Source of the DNA: an uncultured virus (IMG/VR IMGVR_UViG_3300044627_003100)
Taxonomy: Duplodnaviria; Heunggongvirae; Uroviricota; Caudoviricetes
DNA: 64,000 bases
Reading direction: 5' to 3' (one strand)
IMG/VR virus record: IMGVR_UViG_3300044627_003100
The position numbers were made by a program, and so were the translations under genes. This document shows positions 38,887 to 51,940 of the stretch, piece by piece. A model generated the notes under the pieces. The model saw only the letters and a program-made list of their open reading frames with translations, ran no database searches and had not been told where the DNA came from. Numbering within the stretch: the first letter of the stretch is position 1; every line of letters starts with the position of its first letter.

Positions 38887-41800
38887 ATGAAACTAACACC
38901 AGAACAAAGACTATTAGTCTACAAGGAATTACTTAAAGTGGTGTGCAAAGACTCTTCAGTAAAACATGGTATGTGCTATTATTTACTTTCTTTATTAGAT
39001 AACAGTAAAAAAATGCCTTTACGATGGGGTTTTTTATTAGGATGTAGTAAAATGACTTATTTGCCTGAGTTAAACAAACATGGAGGAAATCACACAATAT
39101 CTTTTCCATATTGGGCTCCATGCACCAAGAAAGGTTGGGAAACAAGAATTAAATGGATAGAACAAGCTATTATTGACGTTAAAAATAAAATCAAATGAAA
39201 AAAATAAGCGTACACACAAATTGTTCAGACATTGATGGTCCTTTAAAACATGATTATGACATTGTCAGTAAAAGTAATAATTATGGATATAACACTACAG
39301 AGATGTATAGATCTGAATGTAGTGATTGGACTACTCCTAGAGAGAAAATCATTACATGTCAAGAAGATGAACAAAAAGGAGAATATAAATTCACTATTGA
39401 AAAGAAAAAGATTACATTAGACACTGCTCAAGCTTATGAGCTATTTATTCTTCTTGGACTTCTCTATAAAAATGATAGAATAGAATACAGAAAATCTACA
39501 GTGATTAAATCAATTTAGCTATGAAATATCTATTATTGTTCCTTACGATATATTCTGTAGGAATGTACTATATGTTTCTTTTATTTCGTATATTCATTCC
39601 AAAAATAGGTTATAACAACTGGAAAACACCTTTAACTAATATATTAACAGGAATTGGAATATTCCTGTTAATTGGTTGGGCGTTCTTCTTTATTCAATGC
39701 TACAAGTTTTGTAGTAACATCATTATAAAAGAAACTATATGAACATATTAAAACGTATTAAAACAGAACTAAAATACAAGTTACAACAGTTTAGATGGAT
39801 GAAAGCTTTATTTAGCCCATTTAAACGTCCATCTATTAGATGGTATGTAGGAAAGACAGAAGTAGGTGTTCCTTATTTCCTACCAAGAAAATGGGTGAAA
39901 GCCACACCTAAACTAGCTACAAAAGCAGCTTTAGAAGAAATAGAACGTGCAGAAAAATTTAATGCAAAACATCCAAATGTAACGTTTAAACACACTGTAA
40001 GAACATTTAAAGAAGCTTATGATGATAAGATGAAAAACAGCACATTTCCTGTCCCATTAACTATAGGATTTAGCTATTGTGGATTAGGATGGAAAATCAA
40101 ATGGGGTGATCATGATTATAGACATGAATGGAATCCTGTATTCTCATTTGTATTCTTTGGCTATCAAATAGCAGCCACTATTACATTTAAAGAATGTCAT
40201 GATTGTATGTATTGGGAATGTTGGCTATGCTATGAATATTCTACAGATAAAACTAAATCTAAAAAAGAAAGAATAGCTGAATGTAGAAAGTTACTACCCC
40301 AAATATGGACAACACGTAGTAAAGATGATGGCACTTCTATAGAAGAGACAGATTATTATAATATTATTCTTAAACCTAAATACACTTAACATGAACAATA
40401 TATTTACAGCAGAAGAGTTTTTATATAATCAAGGAGTTCCTTTAAAAGAACTACAAAACTTATCTTGGTTTGATTACGGAAACATACTTACTTGGTTAGA
40501 AGTATATTCTAATATAAAAACCAGGTTTCATGTAGAAGCTGCATTAAAAGCTGCTGCTGAAAAAGCTACTGCTGAAATAGAACTTGGAAACCCTTATGAT
40601 CCAGAATCTGGTTATCCTATTGTAAATAAAGAATCTATTTTAAACGCCTATCCACTTGATTTAATTAAATAAATGAAATACATTTTTAGAGGTCACACTG
40701 TGTTTGAATACAAACCAGATGATAAATATGACAAGGTAGTTCAGGGTCAAATTCATGGAACAATTCCAGCATTTGATTTTTGCAGTATGATTCCTGAAGA
40801 CTATAAACTACTATCTGAGTTCTTTGACACTGTATACAGACATATCAGTGGGGAAGATGTAGAACTAAAAGACATTGAAGTATTCTAAACAAATAACTAT
40901 GGAACAAATAGAACCAGCATACGTTACCTTTGAACAAGGTAAAAAGCTTAAAGAAAAAGGATTTAATGTTGAATGCAGAAATTATTATCTTGAAAAAGAT
41001 AAAGCATTACACGAAGGATTTGAAGATGAATATTGGGGAGATTACAGATGTAGAAATTGGAATGCTGATGTTATAGGAATAAAACCATTTCAAGGATTTG
41101 TCTCAGCACCAGAACAATGGCAAATCGTGGAATGGCTAAGGGTTAATCATGGTATTCACATAGAAGTATCTTGTGATGTTTATGGAGAATTATGGTATGC
41201 TAATTTATTTGTATGTTCAAAAGAAGTTTGGGAGGATGAAGATAAACGCCATAATATATTAACTGCCAATCGGAAATTTATAAATGAACATAAGTCAAAG
41301 AAAGAAGCATATAGTGCAGCATTTGAACACACATTAAATAAATTAATATGATATTTATTCCAATTTTTACAGCAATAATTTTAATAGGGCTATTAATTGC
41401 CTCAAGTAATAAAAGAAAGAATAGTGAGTTATTTAAACAATTAGGTAAACATGGTTATGAACCCATTACAGGCCTATCTTTAGAAGAACTTGATAATCTT
41501 CCTTTAGATGATGAGAGAATCATTGAAGAGTATAAAAACATAGCTGATATACTTTTTGAAGAATCTGGAATACTTGTATTACCTCTACAGTTTTTTAAAT
41601 CGGGATGGAGGTATACTATTACTAGTAAATATAAAGGAGACTTCTTAAATTCAGATAAAAACTATTCTACTAGACAAGAAGCATTACGTGCTGCATTTAT
41701 TCACATATTAAAAGAAAAATGGATATGATACAATTTATAAAATATATTCTCCGACGGATTTATTTAATTCTTACTTGTCAACTTCCTTATGATGAAGATA

Positions 41801-42341
41801 TTAGTAACCCTTAAGCTCTTTTATAATGACACCACAAGAAATAGAAAGAAGAAACTCTGACATAGCTTTGATGCTTGGATGGAAAAATTCCTTTGCACAT
41901 AAAGTTGACAGGTATGGATATTACCAAACTGTTGATGGTTATTCTACACCATACAGAAACACACTTGATGAACAAGCAACAGAATATCAAAGTGATAAAA
42001 ATGCTTTTGCGATTGAAGACTTACAATTCCATAAAGATTGGAATTGGCTTATGGAAGCTGTTGAGTTTATAAAGAAAAACATTAAAGTATCATCAGGTGA
42101 TAATACCAAAGATGCAAAAATTGGAGAGTTCTTTATTGATGAGTGGAATTTTAAAGTCAAAAGCTACTACTTACGGGTTATTCAATGGACCGAAAACGGA
42201 TGGAGAATGATGTTAAATAGAAATGAAAACTATGAATTAAGTATGCTTTATATAATCGAGGAGAATTGTGATTCAGAAAAAGAAGCCACATTCCTTATAG
42301 TATCTGATTTTGCTAAACTATATAATGAAAAGAAATTATGA
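38887..42341 (+). CDS. Run of small hypothetical genes (38887-39198, 39195-39518, 39521-39742, 39739-40389, 40391-40672, 40673-40888, 40899-41351, 41348-41728, 41826-42341)
   Basis: Coupled ORFs, many with ATGA overlaps; typical hypervariable early region. Confidence 0.6.
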
Positions 42342-43492
42342 AAAACATACACTTATTACCAACGGATAAAGCAAGTAGGTTATGTTATGTAATATGTACT
42401 GAAAAGAGTACATTAACATTATTTGAGGATGAAATGGAAAAAGGGAAAAGATTTTTTCCTCAAAACATCTACATCACTTCTGATGAAGAAATTAAAGAAA
42501 GAGATTGGTGTTTAGATTCTAAAAAAAATATAATTGTGTCATGGGGGTGGCCTCATACAACTACAACCCCACATTTTAAAAAAATCATTCTAACAACAGA
42601 CCAAGACTTAATCAAAGATGGCATTCAGAGTATTGATGATGAATTCTTGGAATGGTTTGTTAAGAATCCTAATTGTGATAGGGTTGAGATTAAGAAAGGT
42701 AGTTATAATCTTAGTCCAATGGAAGAAATGTTAGAAAAAGAATATGTTCCAAAGGGTACATTTGATACTTACAAAATCATCATTCCACAAGAAGAATATA
42801 ACCCTTGTAAAGATATTGTAATAAATGATAAAGTCACTATAGATGTTACGTTTCATAATAAACATATAAGATTTGAAAACTTAACATCAGAACAAGCTGG
42901 TTATTTAATACAAGTTTCTGAGTTTTATCAGTTAAGTTCTACAAAAAGAAGTGCTGTAGTTCTACAAGAAGAACCAAAACAAGAAACTCTTGAAGCTAAA
43001 AGAAGTTATCAAAAACATTCTTTAACAAAAACTAAAGGTTATAAACTTTGGTGTAATATTATACAAAGGTGTTATAATCCTAAAAACCATTCTTATAAAT
43101 ACTATGGGGGAAAAGGCGTAATCATGGAAGATTATTTTAAAAACTCTTATGAAAACTTTATTGATTGGATAAAAGGACTTGCAAATTATGAGAATTGGTT
43201 AAATTCTTCTGAACTTTCTTTAGATAGGATTGACAATAGTTTAGGTTATATTAGAGGTAATATAAAGTTCTCAACTAAAACAGAACAGGTTGAAAATCAA
43301 AATTTAAGAGTTGATAATAAATCTGGTTACAAAGGTGTTTGCTATCACAACCTTAACAAAAAATATGGAGCAACTATAACTATTAATAAATCAAAAATAT
43401 TTTTAGGTTATTATGACACTGCTTTAGAAGCTGCTTTAGTTTATGATAATTATATATTAAAAACAAATTTAAAAAGAAAAACAAATTTATGA
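42338..43492 (+). mobile_element. Hypothetical N-terminal domain fused to HNH-AP2 homing endonuclease
   Basis: QRCYNPKNHSYKYYGGKG, SLDRIDNSLGYIRGN (HNH), NKSGYKGV...FLGYYDTALEAALVYD (AP2). Confidence 0.8.
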
Positions 43493-45326
43493 AAACAGAA
43501 TTAGAAGAAGCTGCTGAAAGAAGTTGTGAAAGCATAACTCATCCTTATTGTGATAGGGAGAAATCTATGTTTATCAAAGGTGCTAAATGGCAAGCAGAAA
43601 GGAGTTACAACGAGGAAGATATGCACAAATATGCAATTTACATTTTAACACACAAAAGGGTTTTGACTCCTGATGAATGGCGTGAACAATTTAAAAAGAA
43701 ATAACATGAAAATATTTTACGTTAAATTGCTAATTTTTCAAACAATAATTTATGCTTTGTTTTGGTTTATTGGGTATTCAGATGCATTAACAGAAAACGG
43801 TAAAATATTGTTTAAGCCTATATTAATTATAAGTTATTCAATATCAGTTTTATTAACATTTGTTATACCAATGATTAAAGAATATAAAAAGAAATAATAT
43901 GAAAGACTTTACACTATATCAAGAAGCATTAGAACTTAGAGACTTGGGATTTGATGAACCCTGTTTTGGATATTATAAAGATGGTAGAATGTCAGGTGTT
44001 AATAAATGGGATAGAAAAGATTGGGAATTTCATGTTATTTCTAATAAAGATATAACCAACACTACCCATGAAATAGTATTAGCACCAACCTATTCCCAAG
44101 CATTTCGTTTTTTTAGAGAGAAATATGGGTTACACACTTGGGTTGGTTGTAAAACACTAGATAATGGTAAAACGGTTTACATTGGTAATGGAAGAACAAT
44201 ACCAAACACACTTAAAGATGGGTTTATAGTTGACATTATTCCTTATGAACCAAAAGATACTTTCGAAGAAGCAGAACTTGCTTGCCTCAAAAAACTAATT
44301 GAAATAGTAAAACAAAAACAACCATGACACACATTGAACAACTACATTTAGATGCTATCTATGGTTTAAGACTTGTAGGACAAAAAACAATAGAATCAGC
44401 AGAAGCAGCAGCAGAAATAACAGAGAATATAGCCTGTGAGTTTGCTGATTGGTTAGATGATTATCAATTTGGTAATCAGATATATAAATTATTATTCCAA
44501 GAATACTTAAAAACTAAACCATGACACACCCAATAATTAAAACAGAAAAAATGAAACTACAACTTACATACACTAAAAATGAAGATGGTACTGAATACTT
44601 GCTATGTAACGAAAAAGATAATTTTTACCACCTACCACTAAACAATGCACCCATACTTGAAGGAGTGCCTTTGTTGCCACCATTGGAAGATGATGAATCA
44701 ATATGTCCTTATCCCGAAGAAAAGCAAAATGCAGTTGATTGGAATAATGGTTACAACAAAGCCAAAGAGAAATATAAGTACACAGAGGAGGATATGAGAG
44801 ATGCTTATAACTTAGGACTAGATGCAGATTCTAAATTATCACCTAATAAAACATACGACACTCTTATACAATCCTTACAACAACCAAAATATCCTGTTGC
44901 TTTTGAGTGTGAAATGGTAGATAAAGGTGAAGAAGACTGGATTGGGGATGATATTACTGGAGAGCCGTTTTGGAATCAAAAATTAGAACCTAAAATAATC
45001 ACCAACTCACAGGGGGTAACACAAATTGTGGGTAAATACATTTATTAAAACAAACACACACTATGAAAGGAATATACCTAACAGAAGAAGGAAAGAAAGA
45101 GATTGAAGCCAAGATAGATGAATTTGAAAGTTTTGGAATTATCACTGAACTGCATCCAAAATATTCAGTTTGGAAGACTTACAAAGAAATCCTATCCTCA
45201 GCAACAATACTTCCTGTTGAAGATAATTGGGATGAAATAAGATTATTAGATGGAATAGATTCATCTGGAATTGGTAATCTTACTAAAGCTAAATATCCAA
45301 ACGGAGTGATTATTAAATCAAACTAA
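43489..45326 (+). CDS. Run of small hypothetical genes (43489-43704, ~43706-43897, 43899-44327, 44324-44524, 44521-45048, 45063-45326)
   Basis: Coupled ORFs; 43899 resembles 40899 (L...GF...C...AP...Q...R...G.H). Confidence 0.6.
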
Positions 45327-45331
45327 ATAAC

Positions 45332-46284
45332 ATGGCACAACAGACTGCGTTAAGTTGGTATATTGAACAACATAAAATATTATCAAGTAAAACAAACGAT
45401 ATGCCTATTTCAGAACTTCTTGCTAAAATAAAAGATATAGAAATACAAGCCAAAGAAATGGAAAAAGAGCAAAGAAAAAATGATATAACTGATTACAATA
45501 TTAAAGTAACAGAATTTTTACTTAACCCATCATTTAATTTAGAACACAGTAATCATGGAATTGCTTGTGAAAAATTAGCTGATATTAGAAATGAATTTAT
45601 AAAAAATCAATAACCTATGGCACAACAGAATAACAAATACACTCCATTTATACTTTCTACAATAGGTTATATTATTATTGTAATGTTTGTATTAGGTGGT
45701 AAAGAAACAACCGTTGCAGACAGGTCTTTTATTATTTATCTTTGGATAATATGTATGGGCATTACAGGTATTATATTAAACATTAAAAATCTTTAACATG
45801 GCACAACAGACAGCGGTAGACATAATGTTTGAGAAAGCAATATCGGTATTACCATTAGAGTTTTTTTATTCAAAAGGAATTCTTAAAGAAACATACCTAC
45901 AAGCCAAAGAAATGGAAAAGCAGCAGCACGAAGAAACTGCATTATCAATAGCTGAAATTTTACTTGATAAAGTTGAAGGTAAAAATGGCTTACCATCTAA
46001 AGAATTATTTGAACAATACTACACCAAAACCTATAAATCAGAATAACATGGCACAACAGACAGCGGTGGAGTGGTTTGCAGGAATGATTACTGACATGAT
46101 ACACGAAGCGTATCATTCAGAACTTGCAGACTTATTTGAACAAGCCAAAGAAATTGAAAAGCAGGAGCAGGCAAAATGTTGGATAGCATCGGCAAAGTAT
46201 GGACTTAAAATTTTAAATACAGGAGAAAAGGCGGATTTTAAAGCAGCATTTCAACAATACTACACCAAAACCTATGAAAAATGA
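45332..46284 (+). repeat. Four tandem small genes all starting ATGGCACAACAG (45332, 45617, 45798, 46048)
   Basis: Identical starts; three share CAAGCCAAAGAAAT.GAAAA. Confidence 0.8.
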
Positions 46285-47048
46285 AAACAGTTGTAATTGG
46301 TGATACACACGGTCGCTCACTTTGGAAATTAATTACACATCAAGAAAAAGATGCTGATAGAGTTATTTTTATAGGTGACTACTTTGATTCATTTGATATA
46401 TCAGGAGTTGAACAATTACATAACTTTAGAGAAATTATTGAATATAAAGAAACATCAGGTAAAGAAGTGGTATTATTAATAGGTAATCACGATTATCATT
46501 ATTTTCCTGAAATTGGATATAATGGTACAAGTGGTTACCAAACAAGAATAGCACCTTCTATATCACAAGTTGTAGATGAAAATAGACATCATTTACAAAT
46601 GGCTTATGGATTTGGAGAGTATTTATTTACTCACGCTGGTGTAAGTCCAATATTCATGGATGAAGTGTTTGGTTCTAATGGTTGGTCTAAAGAAAATGTT
46701 GTAGCTGATTTAAATGAACTATTTAAACACAAACCTAAAGCTTTTAATTTTAACGGATTTGATCCCACTGGTGATAATATAACTCAAACTCCTATTTGGA
46801 TAAGACCCAGATCATTAATGGCTTCTAATAATATGTCTGTTAATAAAAAAAATCCTAAATTATCTAGTAATAATTCATTAAAAAAAGATTATATACAAAT
46901 AGTAGGACATACTCAAGTAGTTAAACTTGATCTTGATGGAGCTATGAAAGCAATGGGCGGTAGATACTATCTAATTGACTGCCAAGGAACAACAGGAGAA
47001 TATTTAATCATAGAAAATGATAAATTTAAAATAGGTAAAACAAGATAA
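46281..47048 (+). CDS. Calcineurin-like metallophosphoesterase
   Basis: GDTHG, GDYFD, GNHD, THAG, GHT motifs. Confidence 0.9.
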   Translation: MKTVVIGDTHGRSLWKLITHQEKDADRVIFIGDYFDSFDISGVEQLHNFREIIEYKETSGKEVVLLIGNHDYHYFPEIGYNGTSGYQTRIAPSISQVVDENRHHLQMAYGFGEYLFTHAGVSPIFMDEVFGSNGWSKENVVADLNELFKHKPKAFNFNGFDPTGDNITQTPIWIRPRSLMASNNMSVNKKNPKLSSNNSLKKDYIQIVGHTQVVKLDLDGAMKAMGGRYYLIDCQGTTGEYLIIENDKFKIGKTR

Positions 47049-47050
47049 AT

Positions 47051-47578
47051 ATGGAACAATTATATGAAGAATTAGTAGATAGTTATATGAAAAGTATTAA
47101 AGACTACGTAAAAGAGAATGGTAATATATTTCCTCATGTTAATGTATTTGCTAAAAATATAGAAAGCAATAAAACAGGGTGTATAGTTATTCCTTTAACT
47201 AATGATATTCTTGATTCTGAAGAACATAAAGAAGAATTTATAAAAAACATGGTTCCACAAATAGCAAAAAAAATAAAAGAACAATTTGTTATTCATGGTG
47301 TAGCTTGGACTTCTGAAGTGTGGATTAGAAAAACAGATGTAGATAAAAAATTACCAGATAATTGGAAATCTCTTCCAATTACAGGAGAAATGTTATTAAT
47401 TAGTACGCAATTCAATAATAAAAAAGAATTAACCACCTTTAATATTATTAGAAATGGCAAACAAGTGAATGAAGAAGGAGAGTTAGTAGATAGTATAGAA
47501 CTAGAAGAATCTGATATAAAAGGAGGTGAGTTTGGAGGAAGATTTAGTAAACTATATGAAAAGTTTGTAATGGATTAA
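47051..47578 (+). CDS. Hypothetical protein
   Basis: 175-aa ORF. Confidence 0.65.
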   Translation: MEQLYEELVDSYMKSIKDYVKENGNIFPHVNVFAKNIESNKTGCIVIPLTNDILDSEEHKEEFIKNMVPQIAKKIKEQFVIHGVAWTSEVWIRKTDVDKKLPDNWKSLPITGEMLLISTQFNNKKELTTFNIIRNGKQVNEEGELVDSIELEESDIKGGEFGGRFSKLYEKFVMD

Positions 47579-47588
47579 ATTGTAAACT

Positions 47589-47825
47589 ATGCTTACTGAG
47601 ACTAATTGGCAAGATGTAAAAAAATTGATTTATGATATTACATCTTCTGAAAAAGAATGGATAACTGAACAAAAAGCGTGTGACATTCTTGGTATACAAA
47701 AAGCAACATTACTAAAAAGAATTAGTAAAAATAAAATCACAAAAGATATGTATTGCACTACAACAATAAATAAACTTAGATTTTATAATAGAGAAGAAAT
47801 TGAGAAATTAAACAAAAATACTTAA
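47589..47825 (+). CDS. Excisionase/MerR-like HTH protein
   Basis: WITEQKACDILGIQKATL...RFYNREEI. Confidence 0.6.
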   Translation: MLTETNWQDVKKLIYDITSSEKEWITEQKACDILGIQKATLLKRISKNKITKDMYCTTTINKLRFYNREEIEKLNKNT

Positions 47826-48079
47826 ATATATGTTTTTAACGTGGATTAGGAATATTTTTAGTTCAAATAACACTGAACAATTAGAATTAGAAAATAAACA
47901 ATTAAAAGAAAAACTTGTAGAAAAACAAGAGCATATTAATAAGACAAATGCTTATTGGAAAAAAAAGATTTATGAATCAAAAGTAAGAAAGTAGTTATAG
48001 CCCTATTATCCAGATTTGTTATAGATAAGTCTTTGTAAATCAATTAGTACTACTTAGCTTTATAGTAAATATAAAGCAA

Positions 48080-49740
48080 ATGTTATATCAATTGCCCACT
48101 GGTAAAGTGATAGAAATAAGTACAGAACAATTTTTAGATATGAGTGATGAGGAACTCGAGTATCTTATTGCTTATAACTATGGAGATGTACTAGAAAATC
48201 CTTGGTTTGGATCAGTGCTTAATAGTAGAGAATCTGCTAATCAAGAAGAAACTCCTGATATTACACCTGATTTAATCAATATACCTAATGAAGATAAAAT
48301 TAACTGTTCAGATATAGACTATAAATTAGAAGAAGAATAAATTAATAACAATTGATTATCAAGCTCTTAAGAATATTTCTTAAGGGCTTTTTATTTTTAA
48401 ACAAACAATATGAGTAAAGTAGTAATTATGGCTGACAAAAACGGTAACGTTATTGGTCAATCAGAGAACAATCCCGAATACGGTTACGTACGGGTAGAAC
48501 AAGTGGGTACATTTATTAATGACCAAGGTTGGTTACGTAGAAGCAGACGTTCTGCATTAATTAAAGGTCTTGTTAAAGACTTACAAGATTCAAAGTTTAC
48601 TGAAGGTCAAGAACTTGATGGTAAGATTGTTGTTGTAGAATCATTTGTTCCTTTCAATCCTGAAAATCCAGACCGTGATTTGAAGCTTGCAGGAGAAACA
48701 GGTATAATTTGTCGTGTAGATGATCAACCAATCTATCGTCAAAGCTTTTATACACCAAATGTTAATGCTCATGACACATTAATTCCACACACTAATTCAG
48801 ATGAAATCCGTGAAGTTCAGTCAGCACAAAAAACACTGAGTGCTATGACTAATAATATGGATAGAGCAACATTGTAATAAAACATCTACATAAAATAAAA
48901 AGCCCAGGAAAAACCTGGGCTTTTTTCTTGTAGAATTAATATATATTTTATATAATTTCATTAAATTTGTAAATGTATGCCAATAAAGTCAAACAAAACT
49001 ATATCTGCTAATACAAAAGGTATAGTTGTTTCTTTTACAGATGTAAATAGAAATACTTACATACCCTATTCTAATAAGTATGTAATAGAAAAACAATTAG
49101 AGCCTAAACCTAAATACCAACACATTGAACAATCTGTATTTAATGTTCAGCAACAAAAAATATATGCACTGTCTATATATGGATTAAGTGTATTTAGTAA
49201 AGAAGAAGTACAAAAGTTAGCACCTGAAGAAAAAACTAAAATAATCAGGAACTACACTAGAATTCAATCATTTTTAAATAAATGGAAGCAAGAATTAGCA
49301 GAAGCTAAAGTAAATAACCTACTTCTTTCATTATTTCACAATTCAAAAATTATTAAAGATTTTTGTTCTGTAAATGGTTATGATAAAGATCATAAAGATT
49401 TTCATACCTTTAAAGAACTAGGACTTACACAACAAGTTATAGCTAAAAAGTTAGTTGAACAAAAACTTTTACCTAAAAACTTTTTTCAATTAACATAATT
49501 ATAAAATTAAATATGGAAACAATTTTTATTGCAAATGGAGAAGTTCAATTAGTTATTGTACCAAAAAATGAAACAGAAAAGTTATTATTAAAAAGACTTG
49601 TAGAATCAGGACCAATTGAGTTTGAGATTTCATCTAAGCCTCTTAATATATTAACTAAATCAGTTAATGACGTATTAATAATTAAACCAAAAGAAAAACT
49701 ATTTAACATTGAAGAATTTCAAGAACCTGAAGATTTGTAG
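48080..49740 (+). CDS. Hypothetical genes (48080-48340, 48410-48877, 48977-49498, 49513-49740)
   Basis: ATG-start ORFs; the first two are each followed by a terminator-like hairpin. Confidence 0.65.
48898..48927 (+). terminator. Intrinsic terminator
   Basis: AAAAGCCCAGG-AAAAA-CCTGGGCTTTTTT. Confidence 0.75.
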
Positions 49741-50104
49741 TGGATGTAATCTACCCAAACCTATATGGAAATCAGTAGGTAAAAAAGATAAGTATTGTAA
49801 AAATTGTTGGTATGATATAGAAAAACCTAAAGCAATAGCTCCTGTTTCTGAAAAGAAGAAAGAGGAAATTAGTACATATACTAAACTTAGAAGTGCTTTT
49901 CTATTTTTAAAATCACATTGTGAAGCAAAACTTATAGGATGTACAGGTGCAGCTACAGATATTCATCACAAAAAAGGTAGAATTGGTGATAATTATTTAG
50001 CTATAGGAACATGGTTAGCTGTTTGTAGAAACTGTCATTCTTGGATAGAACTCAATCCAGAAGAATCTAAAGAACTTGGTTTATCAGAATCACGCTTAAA
50101 TTAA
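49709..50104 (+). CDS. Zn-finger/HNH-like protein
   Basis: CSGC, CKNC, DIHHKKGR, VCRNCHSWI. Confidence 0.7.
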   Translation: MKNFKNLKICSGCNLPKPIWKSVGKKDKYCKNCWYDIEKPKAIAPVSEKKKEEISTYTKLRSAFLFLKSHCEAKLIGCTGAATDIHHKKGRIGDNYLAIGTWLAVCRNCHSWIELNPEESKELGLSESRLN

Positions 50105-50109
50105 AAATT

Positions 50110-50487
50110 ATGTCACATCCATATCATCATGCACTATCCTCCGCTAAAACTTACGGAGGTAAATGGGAAGATTATATAAAAATCCATAACTGGTTTGATG
50201 AGACAAAAACTCATTATCCAGATATGCGTCATAGAGCTCTTAGACACCATGCAGAAGGTATCTTCTGGTGTGAGCAACTATTTGGGGTTGTAATTATCAA
50301 CTCTGATGGAAAGAATATTCCTGTAAGATTTATTGGTGAACAGCATATAAAAGAAGATATAGGATTTATTCCCACTATTAAACAATACTTAGATTGTATG
50401 TCTACCGAAGGTTGGATGTATAAGCCAGGTGATGGTAGAAAACTGTTACAAGAAATAGCAGATGAAAAACTAGATGTAAAAAAATAA
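50110..50487 (+). CDS. His-rich protein (DUF6915-like)
   Basis: HPYHHALSS, IHNWFDETK, RHRALRHHAEGI, EQHIKED. Confidence 0.7.
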   Translation: MSHPYHHALSSAKTYGGKWEDYIKIHNWFDETKTHYPDMRHRALRHHAEGIFWCEQLFGVVIINSDGKNIPVRFIGEQHIKEDIGFIPTIKQYLDCMSTEGWMYKPGDGRKLLQEIADEKLDVKK

Positions 50488-50497
50488 ACTAAAAAAA

Positions 50498-51196
50498 ATG
50501 AAAAAACAAGAACAACTAGAGATTATTAATTATTTAGATACTTTAGTATCAGAAGGAAATAAAGTTAGCATAAGTTGGGATGGAGGAGGTGACTCAGGAT
50601 GGTGTTGGTTTGCTATAAATGATAAACAAGTATCAGAAAGTTCAGAAAATAATTATATAAGAACACTACTAGATTATATGTATTCTGAATTAGACTATGG
50701 ATCATGGGCTGGTGAATTTCATGCATCTGGAGAAGCTATATATAGTGTAGAAGAAAAAGCTTTTGTAGGTATAGATCATTATTCAGAAGATAGTAATGTT
50801 GACTGTCCTTGTAGTATAAAAATTTGTATTCCAAAAGATTTATGGTTTGATTCTATAGAAATAAATATTGAAGACGATGATCCAATTGTAAATGCTGCTT
50901 TTCATATACGTAATGGATTTTTAAGTAAAGAACATACTGAATTTATAAGTAAATTTGTTGTTAACTTAAAGGAAAAAGTTGAAGTTATTATTAATGAGTA
51001 CACTTCAAATCCAGAAAATGATGAATATAGAAGTATATTTGAAAACTTTACAATTGATCATAATGAATTTGAAGAACAAGGAGATTTTTTAGTTTTTGAA
51101 TTAGACAATCTTTCTATTGGAACTTATCAAAATTTTCCAAAAACTATTTGTTTAAACGTTAAAGAAATAAAAACAATTGAATATGACAAAGAATAA
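50498..51196 (+). CDS. Hypothetical protein (DUF6878-like N-terminus)
   Basis: WDGGGDSG motif. Confidence 0.5.
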   Translation: MKKQEQLEIINYLDTLVSEGNKVSISWDGGGDSGWCWFAINDKQVSESSENNYIRTLLDYMYSELDYGSWAGEFHASGEAIYSVEEKAFVGIDHYSEDSNVDCPCSIKICIPKDLWFDSIEINIEDDDPIVNAAFHIRNGFLSKEHTEFISKFVVNLKEKVEVIINEYTSNPENDEYRSIFENFTIDHNEFEEQGDFLVFELDNLSIGTYQNFPKTICLNVKEIKTIEYDKE

Positions 51197-51923
51197 CTAT
51201 GCAGATGCTGTTTATTTTGTTAACGGTGTTGGTAATTTTAATTTAGGAACAGCATTAAGACTTTGGAAAACTAAATATAATTCTGATTATAAAGAATTTG
51301 TAAAAGAAGTGATTGTAAATGAAAATCTTAATGATTTTGCTGAATTTGTAAAAGAATGTTGGGATGATATAACACTAGTAACAATAGAAGAAGCATTAAA
51401 AATAAAAAATATAGAAGAAAGACGTACTTATTTTGACTCTATTGGTATAGAAGAATTATTTAAAAAGTTTGAACCAATATTAAAAGATAAACAGGTTATT
51501 AAGAAAAAACGTACTCGTTGGGATGATAAAAGTGATCCATACACTTATGAATTTGAAGATGTATATGAATTATATCAAATAGACAGTTCAAAATTATTTG
51601 AATTTGATCGTTGGAATAGACCTGTTACACCAGGAAGTGAGTTTATATATGCTGTACGTTGTTGGTGCACTACAACTAATAGAGAGTATTGGATTTATGT
51701 AAATAGAGAAGCAGCTACGGGTCAACCTTGGTCTATAAGTAATGATGTATATGATGCAATTAGAGCTATAGCTTGGACTATTAGAATAGATATAACACAT
51801 CCTAGTAAAATATATCGTCAAGGAGATATTATTGTAGCTAAGTTTAGTGAAAAATCAGAAATGAGTAATCCTTATCATTTAAATAAAGAACAATATCTTG
51901 AGTTAATGTATTCTGAAACATAA
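51177..51923 (+). CDS. Hypothetical protein (DUF6745-like)
   Basis: NIEERR, VRCWCTTTNREY, AIRAIAWT, RQGD. Confidence 0.55.
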   Translation: MNMTKNNYADAVYFVNGVGNFNLGTALRLWKTKYNSDYKEFVKEVIVNENLNDFAEFVKECWDDITLVTIEEALKIKNIEERRTYFDSIGIEELFKKFEPILKDKQVIKKKRTRWDDKSDPYTYEFEDVYELYQIDSSKLFEFDRWNRPVTPGSEFIYAVRCWCTTTNREYWIYVNREAATGQPWSISNDVYDAIRAIAWTIRIDITHPSKIYRQGDIIVAKFSEKSEMSNPYHLNKEQYLELMYSET

Positions 51924-51940
51924 TAAAAAATAATAAAGTT

